Origin: Eledone cirrhosa
Lineage: Eukaryota
Assembly: GCA_964016885.1 (NCBI GenBank)
Contig: OZ024745.1
Location: 24,614,001 to 24,678,000 of the forward strand
Reading direction: 5' to 3'
Length of the DNA stretch: 64,000 nt
A program made the position numbers and the translations under genes. The notes under the pieces are model-generated. The model was given only the letters and a program-made list of their open reading frames with translations, was not told where the DNA came from and searched no databases. Positions 1 to 12,728 of this stretch are shown one piece after another. The first letter of the stretch is position 1. Every line of letters starts with the position of its first letter.

Positions 1-588
1 GCCAAATGTAGAAACAATTATTAAGAAGAGTTGAAATTAATGCATGCAAGCTTTCACAGCTCTAGCATGATTCCTTCATAGGTTCAAAAGTTCATAGGCT
101 GACCAAGATACTCTCATGGAATAACGAAATAACATTTATTTTTTAACAGTCCCTGGAAAGTCACAATGCAGTTATTTATAAGAAGAATTGAAATTAATGC
201 ATGCAGGATTTCACAGCTCTAGCAGTACTCTTTCATAGGCTGACCAAGAAACTCTCATAAACGGACCAAAGGAGGTTTATTTTTCAACATAGTCCTTGGA
301 AAGAAACAATTAATAAAAAGAGTCGAAATAATTTTCTACTTTTGGTACAAGGCCAGCAATTACTCAGTACATTACTGGTACTTTATTTATCGACCCTGTA
401 AGGATGAAAGGCAAAGTTAACCACGGGGAGATTTGAACTCAGATCGTAAAGGGACGTAACTACACTGGAAAGCATGTCCGACGCTCTACCGATACTGCCA
501 ATTCACTTGAAAATAATGCATGCAAGATTTCATAGCTCAAATATCACTTCTTCATAGTTAACCTATGAACTTTTGAGATGACCCTCAT
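1..588. mobile_element. Tandem partial copies of the mariner-type MITE, with a nested SINE (about 330-510, minus)
   Basis: Repeated TCATAGGCTGACCAAG...GAAATTAATGCATGC blocks. Ends CCTATGAACTTTTGAGATGACCCTCATA. Confidence 0.7.
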
Positions 589-596
589 ATGTATTG

Positions 597-728
<132 letters not shown>

Positions 729-1143
729 TACAAAAGAAATATATACATATATATCGCATTAAATACAAAAGAAATATATACATATATATCGCATTAAATA
801 CAAAAGAAATATATATAGAAAGAATGATATATATATATATATATACCGACCAATCAAAATTGTTTTGACCACAAGAATTTTTGCAACACCAAGTAGCGCT
901 GGAGCCACTTTTTTAATATAAAAACAGGTAGAATTCCCGAAACTAATCAGATCAGAGCAAACAACACGGACGCTCTATCTCAAAATTATTTTTGAAAAGC
1001 ATTTAGAAATGCGCAACCGGTAAAAACTTAAAAACTTAAAACCACAACTGAATACTAACCCATACAATTACTAATACTCTTTTATTCCTAATTAAACTAT
1101 TTTTCAACTGTGAACAATTTGTCAGCATTTTCTATTCTGTTTA

Positions 1144-1206
<63 letters not shown>

Positions 1207-1209
<3 letters not shown>

Positions 1210-1410
1210 AGTAAGTAAGACCCCGACGGCTGAGCTCAAGCCGTTTCGACGGCTAATTCTGTACAGAATTGAGTACAGAATTAGCCGTCGAAACGGCTTG
1301 AGCTCAGCCGTCGGGGTCTTACTTACTCCTATTACCCACTCTACTACCCTAAGTATTGAGTACTTTGGTGCGTTATGGTCCACCTGGTTCCTTACCACTT
1401 TTCCCTCGCT
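1207..1410 (+). mobile_element. Foldback pLTR-like repeat (family of 33436 hammerhead; half ribozyme)
   Basis: Palindrome of about 125 bp plus a unique tail. Related copies at 18362-18554 and 47577-47768. All lie inside (TA)n. Confidence 0.8.
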
Positions 1411-1426
1411 ATATATATATATATAT

Positions 1427-1599
<173 letters not shown>

Positions 1600-1638
1600 A
1601 TATTAAATAAATGGAAACTATATTTATAAAACCATATT

Positions 1639-1704
1639 TATTTCGTTATATATATTTCAGGGATATCATATTAACAATATGTTATGCCATCTTCAGACAA
1701 AATA
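1639..1704 (-). ncRNA. Type I hammerhead ribozyme
   Basis: Stem I UAUUUUGU/ACGAAAUA, core CUGAAGA, imperfect stem II, GAA, palindromic stem III AUAUAUAU, AUA cleavage triplet. Confidence 0.7.
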
Positions 1705-2187
1705 CAATATAAACAGTCTTATAAATAAATAGATACGACATACCTTTCAATCACCTTGCATTTGGGAGGTTGATTTGGTAGTTATATATATATATCATTC
1801 TCTCTATATATATTTATTTTGTATTTAATGCAAGTATATAGAAGAAGGTTTAACCGTGTGATTAAGAAGTTTGCTTTGCAATAATGAACTCCCGTATTTG
1901 AACTACTGCGTAGATTTGACCCTAGCCTCGTAAATGAAGGAAGGAAAGTAAAGGGAAATTGTTTGGAAGCCGGTCCAAATAACTGCTGATATATGTTATC
2001 ATATGCGAGATATCATCGTCGAAACCGACAGAGGATTATCAGATTTAGTTACATCACGTCCTTTAGGACTGACTGTTCTTTTCATCTATATTTGTAATTA
2101 TATTTTATATGGTGACTTATATGTATATATATACATACACACGCACACACACACACATTCACGAGCCTACAAAAATATTTTTCACAT

Positions 2188-2266
<79 letters not shown>

Positions 2267-2335
2267 TGTGTAGTATGTATGTGTTTAGGTGAGGCAATGG
2301 TGAATTATGGGTGTTGTATACACAGCACACACATA

Positions 2336-2437
<102 letters not shown>

Positions 2438-2801
2438 CCTGTGTATGTGTGTGTTAAGGTGAGGCAACGGTGAATGATGGTGTTGTGGGGGAGAAGAAAA
2501 AGAAGGCAAGTGAGGGTGCACATGTTTTGAATAGAATGTTTTCAACAAATGAAGGTCAAGAGACAGATGAAGAGGTCAGACAGGTTCAATGCTGGGCCAG
2601 GGAAGACATACAGACAGACAAACAGACAGACATTGTCACTAAGGACAATAAACTGTCAGAAAGGTTTTGCCATTATTCTGTCAACACTAGTGTTGTAAAT
2701 ATATACACACATATATGCAAACACTGGTGTCTTTTAACGAAACACAGCATAGACATACATACAAACTTTCAAATATCTATCTATATGTATATATATATAT
2801 A

Positions 2802-2895
<94 letters not shown>

Positions 2896-2949
2896 CAAAA
2901 AAGTTATCGAATATTTTCACCAGCCCTGGGAGTTGTCAGGTGAACAGTA

Positions 2950-2998
2950 AACTGCACCGATGAAGGGTAATGACCCAGAAACATTAGTGTCTGCAGTT
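2950..2998 (+). ncRNA. Type I hammerhead ribozyme (U4C variant)
   Basis: AACUGCA-CCGAUGA-A-GGGU/AAUG/ACCC-A-GAA-ACAUUAGUGU-C-UGCAGUU. Stem I is a perfect 7 bp; GUC site. Confidence 0.72.
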
Positions 2999-3344
2999 CT
3001 GTTTACATGCCAACACAAGAGCAAGAAGGGGGGCTTATTCTACTGACATGGCTTAAAAGAGGCTGTTTGCATAATTGCAAACGAATCGAATATTAGCATT
3101 AATATTCGAAAAACTCAAATTACATTTATATATATATATTTGTTTAATATAGAAAAGGCTTTTACAGGACTAGAACTGTTTCATTTAAAATAAATCATCA
3201 GAGAAGCCTGATGATTTCTTTTGAACAAAAGAGTTTTAGTCCTGTAGAAGCAATTTCTATATTAAACCTAATGTTTACACTTTACTACTCTACTAATGTC
3301 TTGAGTACCTTACTAACTATGGTTATCCCCGATTGAACCCCTGA

Positions 3345-3378
<34 letters not shown>

Positions 3379-3384
<6 letters not shown>

Positions 3385-4047
3385 AGGTTAAGAATAACGT
3401 CCTCGAAATTGAAAGTGGATTTTTTGACAAGTGAATGTGTTTGTTTTTTTTTTTACAATGAAATTTACGATACACTCTTTGTTTATTTACAACAGGTCTC
3501 TATAGTGATATGGTGTTAATTAGTATTGCGTGTGTGAGTATTTTCTCTTATATATATATATGTGTGGGTGTGTATATGTGTGTATATATATGTGTGTCTG
3601 TATGTATATATATATGTGTGTTTGTATATATATATGTGTGTTTGTGTCATCATCATCGTTTAGATGTTTTTGTAATATCTTGCCAAAGTTGGCACCAACT
3701 ATAAACAAATTAAGGCCGGGTCATAAGAAGGACAGAAAATGATAAGGGATTTGGGTAAAAATATCTAAACGATGATGATGATACAAACACATATATATAT
3801 GCAAACACACATATATATATATACATATACAGACACACATATATATACACACATATACACACCCTCACATATATATATATAAGAGAAAATAATCACACAC
3901 GCAATACTCATTAACACCATACCACTATAGAGACCTGTTGTAAATAAACAAAGAGTGTATCGTAAATTTCTTTGTAAAAAAAAAAAAAACACATTCACTT
4001 GTCAAAAAATCCACTTTCAATTTCGAGGACGTTATTCTTAACCTATG

Positions 4048-4049
<2 letters not shown>
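3379..4049. repeat. Long inverted repeat (arms of about 290 bp) between (TA)n tracts
   Basis: 3379-3671 is the reverse complement of about 3757-4049. Confidence 0.9.
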
Positions 4050-4114
<65 letters not shown>

Positions 4115-4162
4115 TAAGAGAGTAAAACAAAGAATCCTTTAATACATCAAAAGTTTTTATTA

Positions 4163-4200
4163 GCCGACAATGTTTCGTCCTATTAAGGACTCATCAGGGC
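4163..4200 (-). ncRNA. Minimal type I hammerhead ribozyme (inverted copy)
   Basis: Exact reverse complement of 4306-4343. Confidence 0.88.
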
Positions 4201-4305
4201 AATCAAAACAACAAGAAGTAATATCGGCAGATACAAGCCGGAAGCTCCGAAGAATATGGAGTGTACATACACTAAAGTCTTGCAAAAATATATGATAATA
4301 AAGAT

Positions 4306-4343
4306 GCCCTGATGAGTCCTTAATAGGACGAAACATTGTCGGC
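4306..4343 (+). ncRNA. Minimal type I hammerhead ribozyme
   Basis: GCC-CUGAUGA-GUCCU/UAAU/AGGAC-GAA-ACAUUGU-C-GGC: canonical core and GUC site. Confidence 0.88.
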
Positions 4344-4607
4344 TAATAAAAACGTTTGATGTATTAAAGGATTCTTTGTTTTACTCTTAATTTTTTGGCT
4401 CTGTTTAACTGCATTGAGCTATACCTTTTGCTGTCATTTCTATAATACGAAGAGGGTGTTTAACTCCAACACGCTCCAGTATTCTAATCCTTATATATAT
4501 ATATATATATATATATTAATATAGATGAGATTCTACAGGACTAGAAGTGTTTCATTCTATATTAAAACTTTTATACTCTGCTATGTATTGAGTACCTTAA
4601 CTTACCT

Positions 4608-4693
<86 letters not shown>

Positions 4694-5049
4694 CACACCT
4701 ATTTGTGCCTATGTATGCGTGTATGTATACGTGTATATATATATATATTTGTTTGTGTATGTGTGCGTGTATTTATTTAAGTCTGTATGGTTTGGAAATG
4801 ACAAAATATTGGTTCTATGGCAACGCACAATGTCACGAATAATTAAAATAAATCTACCCAAAACACAAACCAAAGATTGGTCTGTATCACATATACATAC
4901 ACAGACCTACTCGTGCTCTCCCTCCCGCCAACCACACACACGCACGCGCGCGCACACACACACAAACTCTCTCGGTGAAACAGACGTACAAATTCACTCA
5001 CTAAGACACAAAACCTCACTCAAACTTATTGTTATTGTGTAGGTGAAAT

Positions 5050-5765
5050 TATTATTAGTATCGGTAGAGGGTCTGACGTCATGCTTTGCAGCATAGAGTT
5101 ACGGCCCTTTATGGTCTGAGTTCAAATCCCGCCGAGGTTAACTTTGCCTTTCATCCTTACGGGTTCAATAAAATAAAGTACCAGTAATACACTGGGTAAA
5201 TACTGGCCTTGTGCCAAAATTCGAAACAATTATTGTTAAAGACCTTAGGTCGGTGGATTGGCAGACACGTTAGAGTGTCTGACAACATACTTTGCGGCAT
5301 ATAGTTGCGACTCTTTACGTTCAAATCCCGCCGATGTTTGCTGAGCCTGTCGTCCTAATGTAATGATTAGTGTTGTTGTGGTCTTGAAGGTTATGATAGG
5401 GCGTTTAGCGGTTGGCAGTATCGGAAGAGCGACGGATAATATACTTGGCGGCATAGCATTACGGCCATTAGCGTTCTGATTTCAAATTCCACCGAGGTCA
5501 ATTTTGTCTGTCACCCTTTCAGGCTCCATAAAATAAAGTATAAATAATGCACTGAGGTCGATTAAATCAACCTCATGCCTATATCAGAACCCATTATTAT
5601 TAAAGGGCGGTGGATTAGCAGTATCGGTAGACGGTCGGACGCCATGCTTTGTAGCATAGAGTTACAGCCCTTTATGATCTGAGTTCAAATCCCGCCGAGG
5701 TTAACTTTGCCTTTCATCCTTACGGGGTCGATAAAATAAAGTACCAGTAATGTAAATCAGTAGAG
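5050..5765 (+). mobile_element. Cluster of four tRNA-derived SINE copies
   Basis: A box TGGCAGTATCGG, B box GAGTTCAAATCC, body CGCCGAGGTTAACTTTGCCTTTCATCCTTACGGGGTCGATAAAATAAAGTACCAGT, tail GGCCTTGTGCCAAAA. Confidence 0.88.
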
Positions 5766-5998
5766 TCGGCAGGATAGAATGCTTTGTGGTATTTGTTCCA
5801 GCTCCTTGAAGTAAGAAAAATAGTTCTGCGGTCGATTCTTCTTCTACACCTCTTCTTCACTTCCTTTCTCCCCTTCCCCCTCCTCCTCCTCCTTCTCTCT
5901 TCACCCCCCCCCCCCCACCACCACCACCACCACCATATCTCTCTAGAAGAAATTTTCTGTGTTCAAACTTGGAAGGGGATGGGCTTCGCCATGTTTAA

Positions 5999-6249
5999 CC
6001 CTTTAGCATTTAAACCGGCCATATCTGGCCAAAATTCCCTCACCTTTTTCTGTTCAAACCAGCCATAACTGGTCTCTCATACTGATGTTAAGGTATTGTT
6101 CTCAAAATAAATAACATCAAAATCTTTTAGATTCGATATTATGTAAGATATTTATGTAAGATACTATGTAAGATATTATGTAAGATATTTATAAAGCCTC
6201 TTCCACAAAAATACAATAGTAAATATAGAGTAATGTAAATGCTAAAGGG
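5999..6249. mobile_element. piggyBac-type MITE
   Basis: TIRs CCCTTTAGCATTTA / TAAATGCTAAAGGG with TTAA on both sides. Confidence 0.9.
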
Positions 6250-6693
6250 TTAAAATCTCACTACGGCGCCCCTATCACTCCATCTAAAGTCACGGCTCCA
6301 TACATACATCAGTAATTCTACATCGGAAGGCATATGCCATCGCCCCCCAAAAAGTCATACCACATTTTTAGGGACCACATAAAAGAATGGTGCATTTGTG
6401 TGCCGGTGAGGTTTCTGATGAGCCCCACTTTTTATTGCTAAAAGCTGAAAGAATCACGTTCGGATTTTATTCTTTCAGCTGATTTCAATACCATAAAGTC
6501 TCGCTATGAATTTTTTAAAGCCGCGATCATGTAACAGCTATCTTAGCAGCAGTGAAAATGCCAGATAGCTATTTCTGTGTTATTGTCCGTCATCAGTGAC
6601 ATTCACCCACTCACGTCTGAGACAAAATATAGATATATAGATAGATAAATTGATTGATAGATATAATATATATATACATGTGTGTGAGAGAAA

Positions 6694-6725
<32 letters not shown>

Positions 6726-6836
6726 CTTAGTGGGTTGACAAAACGGGTTCGATAAAATAGTTAGTGGGGGTGATATAATCGACTACTGTCTTTGAGGTGG
6801 TGAGATTCATACACTCGCTTCTGAGACAAAATATAG

Positions 6837-7201
6837 TTATCTTTCTTTATTTGCCACAGGGGCGTCCAAAAATGGGACATTACAACACGTGACGGCGGGG
6901 GTTTTACATAAAATCTTTAACAATAATGAATGACGATAAACTATATAAAAATAAAACAATTGAAATCCCCATTAGAGATGGGGGGACATTACTGCGGGGT
7001 TGTTTTACACCCCGTGCATAGAACAACCCTCAACACCAGGAACACGTTTTGTAGGTGTTCCCGTCTTCCCTCTGTTTATCTTCCTCAACCTACAGGTTTA
7101 TATACAAAGAAGGCCCATACACTCGGGTCATTTTCGTCACATTCACCCACCTTTCAGCGAATTTACTGGGGTGTAGCACCTCTCTCTCCACTCTCACCTT
7201 C
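6837..7201 (-). mobile_element. Severely 5'-truncated Tx1-type LINE (sister subfamily)
   Basis: Encodes RRKVRVEREVLHPSKFAERWVNVTKMTRVYGPSLYINL, homologous to the ORF2 C-terminus. Flanked by the 19-bp direct repeat CTTCTGAGACAAAATATAG (6818-6836, 7202-7220). Confidence 0.9.
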
Positions 7202-7455
7202 CTTCTGAGACAAAATATAGATAAATTTCTATTTATTTGCCACGAGGGCACAAAAGAAGGGGACAAATACACAGTGGGGGAGTTTACATAAATCGAGTAA
7301 AGAAAAAAGGAATAACAATAATAATATAATAATAAAAAGTCCTCAAAAGGGAGGGGGCGTGTTGGGGATTGCACATACCCCCGAAAAGTGTGCAACCCTT
7401 TTCGCGGGGGAAGCCCAGAGAGGAGGCGCTCCCCCTTTCCTCTTCACTTCTTCAC

Positions 7456-10400
7456 CTACAGAACAATGTAGAGAGAAGGCCCATTTACACGGGCCATTCT
7501 CGCTTCTTTCACCCACCTTTCATAAAACTGTCTGGGGCCAAGCACTTCTCTCTCCATCCTGATCCTTCTTCCGAAGTGGTATCGGAAGAAGTAAACCAGG
7601 TGATGGCCGGAGAGAAAGTCACCCGACCTCAGACCTTTCAGGCGCGTCCACCACACAACCTCTTTCATCATGGCTATTACGCACAGAAAGACCGCCTCTG
7701 CTTCATTTCTGAAGGAAGGAGGCGGCTTGATGTTCACCACAGACTCGGCGGTTAATCGAATCGGCGCCACACGCGACAGCAGTCGTTCGACGTAGCCCCA
7801 CAGATCGGCAACGCCCGGGCAGTGTACCAGTGCATGCGCAACGGTTTCCTCGTCGCGCACGCATCTGGGACAGATCTTTTTCGCGGGATCCCTGCCCGGG
7901 CGCCCGTATCTGTAGAGCTTTTCTCGAACGGGCAGAGCCCCCCGGTAACCCTGCCAGGCTAGGGACCTCTGGAAGTTGTCCATGGGTCCCGGGCCGAAAG
8001 TTCTACCGAACAGGCTGGCCAGTTCGTCCTCCTCCATGCCTAGCGACTCTGCAAGGGTGTCGTCTCCCTTGCTAGCCACCAACCCTCTATAGAATGTCGA
8101 GGTGGATTCTCCACTGATAGTCGGGTCCGCTTGCCAGATAGCCGTGAGCGCCTGGGCACACTCGGTGTGCCAGTTGCCCAGTTTTCTCGGTCTTTGCTTC
8201 ACCCAGGATTGCAGTTCGGTGAGCGAGACGAGCTGTGGGAAGGCTCGCCTCACAAACGGGGCCCACACCGGTTGACCGTTGAGGAATACCTGTAGATGCC
8301 GTAGCCTCAATGCGTGCCTACGCATCAACAGCCACGGCATACCCAGCCCTCCTTTCGAAGGGTGCTGGCAGCAGATGGATCTCCTCACCATGGGAGGCTG
8401 CTTCTTCCAGAGGAACTGGAAGAGCATGCGTTCCATGATGGTGAACTTTTCCTTGGGGCAAGGCACGACGGTCAGGCGGTAGTAGATGACGGACGCTATG
8501 TAAGCGTTCGTCACCTCCGCCCGACCTTTCAGTGATAGTTTGCACTTGGCCCACTTCTGGGTCAGCGCAAACACCCTGCTCGTCACCTCGCCCCAATTCT
8601 TCTCCACCTGGAGGTCCGGTCCGAACCAGACCCCGAGCAGCTTCACCGGGCCCTCCGTCCACCGCCCGACGACACCGTCTAACGGCATCGGTTTGCCCCT
8701 CCACGTTCCGAGTTGCAAACCGACTGACTTGTCCTGGTTCAGCTTAGCCCCCGTCAGCCTTTCGTATTCCTCCAGTAGGGTGGCGATCGCCCCGATTTCC
8801 GAGGCGTCCGCCACCATTACTGTTACGTCGTCGGCATAGGCCGAGACCGCTTTGTGCAATCCCGGTTCCAGGGGTATGCCCCGCAGCAACTCCAACTTCC
8901 GCAGCAGTGGCTCGAGAGTCAATACGTACAGAAGGGAGGAGAGGGGGCACCCCTGTCTGATGGACCGGGTGATTTGAAACGGCTCCGAGAGGTAGCCGTT
9001 TACTTTAATCCTAGAGTAGATGTTGCCACTGTGCATGGCAGAAATCCAGCCCCTGAAAACGGGTCCGAATCCCGCCGCCGCTAGCACCGCATCCAGGTAA
9101 CCATGGTCGACCCTATCGAACGCCTTAGATTGATCCAAGTTGATCAGGGCCCCACCAAAGCCGAGTTCGTTGCCAACCCTCTCTACGATGTATCGCATGA
9201 GGTGGAGGTTGTCGTGAATGGACCTGGACGGGATAGCGCATGTCTGCGCGTCTCCCACCAAACCACCCACCACAAGCGCCAACCTCTTCGCCAACACCTT
9301 GGCCAAAATCTGTAACTCTGCATTTAGCAGAGTTATGGGCCTAACGTTACTTAAGTCGTCCCCTTTGCTCTCGTCCTTCCTCTCTAGCGTGACCACGCCC
9401 TTGGTCACAGAACAGGGAATTCTCCCGTTCTGTTGCCAGTTGCAATAGATAACCTCGAGGAGTTCGGAGAACAAGACCGGCATAGCTAAATAAAGTTCGT
9501 ATGGTAGACCATCGAGACCCGGGGATTTGCGTCTGCTGCATTGGCTGAGCGCTTCCCCGATTTCAGTGGCTGTGATTGGCCTTTCGCAGCACTCCGCTTC
9601 GCCGAAAGACGCGGTAGACCGTCGAGGTATGGACCGAAGTCCACATCCCCGCCCGGCCCCCCGCCCCCTCCGAACAGTCGAGCAAAGTGCCTTTGAAAGG
9701 CCTCGCACATCCGCTCAGGTTCAAGGATCACCCGTCCATCCTGGTCTCGCAAAGATCGAATGGTGGATTTAATCCCACTCTTGGCTTCTGTCACGCGGGC
9801 CCAGCTAACAGCTTTGGTCCCCTCGTTTCCTAAAGCACGTATTTTACTTCGGACAACGCAGCCTTCGTGCTTCGCGTCAAAGAACTGGCTCAACGCCGTT
9901 CTCGCCGCTAACACTCTGGCCACGTCTCCGCTCCTAATCGCCTCTTCTAGTTTATCTGTTAACTCCCTTTCCTCCCTATTTCTATTTGCCGCTAGTTCCT
10001 TACTGTAACCTATCGAACTTACTCTAATCTCTCTCTTTAGAGATACCCACCACCTGCTGTTGACGATCGCTCCCGTCAACCGCATCTTAACTAAGCTACT
10101 AATCCGGTTCCTGTAATCTTTCTTTGCCGGCAAGGACAAGTTCATCTTCCAGTAACCGGGACCCTGTCTATGCGTTCTATCAAGGTTGACCACGCAGGTC
10201 ACTAATTTGTGATCTGAATAGCCAACCATGATCAGTTCTGGACAACTAAATACGTCCCTATCCTTACTCCTAACCAAAAACCTATCTAGGTACGATCTAG
10301 ATTGTCCACTGCGGTTTGCCCAGGTCCAGGTTGGCGCAGTTGGACAATCTAGTCGAAATCTATCGACCAGGTCGAATCGATCGAGTAACCCCTTGAGGCT

Positions 10401-10883
10401 GCTACACCCCCCTCTATCGGGACATGCCCCTGCATACTCCCAACGCGCATCTAGGATTCCATTCCAGTCCCCCACTAAAAGCAGGGAACGCGACGTTCCT
10501 AGAAAAGTCTCCAGACGCTGGAAGAAGTCGGCTCTTTCCGCCCCGAAGGGAGCATAAAGACCGACCAGTCTGAAAGCCCCGCCTTCACCGCCTCCGACGT
10601 CCAGCACCAGTAATCGACCCCCCGGGTCCGAGTGAACAATCTGTACGTCGAGAGTCAGACGTTTATCCAGCAGTACGGCAACTCCCCCCCCCCCACCTCC
10701 GGGTTGACAGAGAGATGCGTGCATCTTAAAGTCATCGAAGGCGGGCGCCAGCTGTCTCACGCTGCTGATCCGACTCTCGCAAACAACCATCACATCTATA
10801 CTTTGTGACCTGAGGTCATTTAGAAGCTTTGCTTGCTTCCAAGCTGAGCCCAGGCCACGCGCGTTCAAACAGCCAACTCTCAA
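7456..10883 (-). pseudogene. LINE ORF2: APE endonuclease + reverse transcriptase, one frameshift near 9600
   Basis: APE motifs LNARG, GDWN, SYLDRF, YSDH. RT motifs KSPGLDG, RPITLLN, DQSKAFDRV, QGCPLS, AYADD. C-terminal CPRC..ETVAHALVHC. Confidence 0.95.
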
Positions 10884-10888
10884 TTGAT

Positions 10889-12728
10889 CTATTTTGGTGT
10901 TGAAAGTGAAGAAAGAAAAGCACCTACCTCTCCGGGTTGTGTAATTTCCATGGCATCAGGTGTGTTGGGTGGAGGGATGTTTTGTGGTGGTGTGGGGGTA
11001 TCCGTGTGTGGTGGGGTTGGGGTATTTGGAGTTGTGTCAGGGAGAGGGGCGGTTATGGGGAAATCTTTCAAGAGGACGCGATTTAATGGTTTTAAACAGG
11101 GGGGGCTCACGTCCCGTCTAAATTGTTCTTTTAAGGAACGATAAAGGTCCAGAGGGACCTTTATCATTTTTAAATGGGTGAAGTTCTCTGTTGAGATAAA
11201 GTTTGGCCCTTCGGTCTGCACCATAGGGTTATTGCTTATTAATTTAACCAGTTTTTTGTTTTCTTTATTTATATATGTGTATTGCAACATCTTTTTTTGT
11301 GATGCTGTCAATGTTTCGGAGAGGGGAGGCGCAGATTTATTTTTGTTTGTTGAGGGTGGGGTGTTTTTGATTGGAGTTGGTGTTTGTGTGTGGGTTATTT
11401 GTGGTGTGCTGGGTGTGTGTTTTCTTTTTTTTCTTTTAACTTGTCTGAAGGCTTCTCCTCCTTCTTCTTCAGAAGTTGGGGGAAACTCTTCAGCGCTAGG
11501 TGGGAGGGACGTGTTGTGTGGTTGTTTTTTTTTTGCGGGAGGGGTAGATTTGTTACTGTTTTTTTTATTATTTGTTTGGAATGGGTTTTGTGGTGGTGGT
11601 GGTGGTGGTGGTGGTAATGTTTGTGTCGTGCTTGTGGTTGGTGATGGTGATGTTTGTATTGTGGTTGGTGGTGGTGATTTTTGTGTCGTGCTTGTGTTTG
11701 GTGCTGGTGGTGGTGATGTTTGTGTTGTGTTTGTGGTTGGTGGTGTCTGTATTTTGTTTGCTGTGTGTGGTATTAGTGTATTTTTGGAGGTGGGTGGTGT
11801 TGGTGTACTGTTTGTGGTGGGTGTGGGCAATAGTCCTTTTTGGGGGATACGTTTCGGGCAGTTAGCCTTAACGTGTCCCCTTTCCATGCATAAATAGCAT
11901 GCTGGTCTTCTCCCCTCTACAATTATGTCTATTGGGGTAAGGTCATCCAGCCAGATGCGATCCGGGATTTGTGCTATTCTTTCGGGCCTCATTTGGACTA
12001 GTATGTCGAGGCCCATTCCCAGGAACGCATCTCCAGTTGCCTTCCCCATTGACAGCATTGTGTCTTCGCCCATGTCTATGAAGCCAGCAATAGCCCACCA
12101 GAAGTCCATTGTGGGCAGCATTGTTTTTACTTTTACTCTCTGTGTTCTTCTACCCATGTAGGAGGGATAGAAGCTGTATGTTGTCGATGAGAGTGGGCTT
12201 AGGGAAAGCTTCTCCGCCGTTTCCTTGTCTTTTGTTAAGACCGAAATGCTGCCATAGAGTCGGTCCTTTCGTATGAAGAGAATATTCTTCATATAGTCTT
12301 TTAGGACCAACTCTATTTCCATTTGGCTGGGCTGTGCTGGCTTTCTTGTCTGGTTCAGTATAGTTCTGAAGAGAACTGTGCTCTCTGTTCTGGCTTTCTT
12401 GAATTCTGGGGGGGGAGTTAATGGAAAACATTCTGTTCTCCCCCAAGACTATTTGTTTTTTCGCTTCGGCCAGTTTTTCTCTGGCGGCAGTTAAGTCAAT
12501 TGGTGTGTATATTATGGATTGTTTTGTTTTCTGGGCGAAAGTTGCCCTGTTGTTATTTGTATTATTTTCTGTTTGTTTGTTTTCCGTTTGCTCATTTTCC
12601 TTAACATTTGTTTTTTCATTTTCCTTGTTTGTTTCGTTGTCTAATTTTGTTGTAATTATTTTTTGTTCTTCAGACTTGGGGTGCGTGGCAGAGCTAATGG
12701 CAGACATGTCTGCCATCTTTTCCGCCAT
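10889..12728 (-). pseudogene. LINE ORF1 (gag-like nucleic-acid-binding protein, zinc knuckle), split by one frameshift
   Basis: CYLCMERGHVKANC is CX2CX4HX4C, followed by a Pro/Thr-rich tail. ORFs 12150..12755 and 10889..12322 join (…NSPPEFKKARTES…QMEIEL) if the G8 run at 12408-12415 is read as G7. Confidence 0.85.

Noticed and set aside
5050-5765. tRNA genes
   Set aside because: A and B boxes belong to SINE heads. There is no cloverleaf and a conserved SINE body follows.
6415-6480. CTGATGA...GAAA hammerhead candidate
   Set aside because: No convincing stem I or stem III, and no correctly placed cleavage triplet.
7830-12161. Plus-strand ORFs over the LINE
   Set aside because: Antisense shadows of GC-rich LINE coding sequence.
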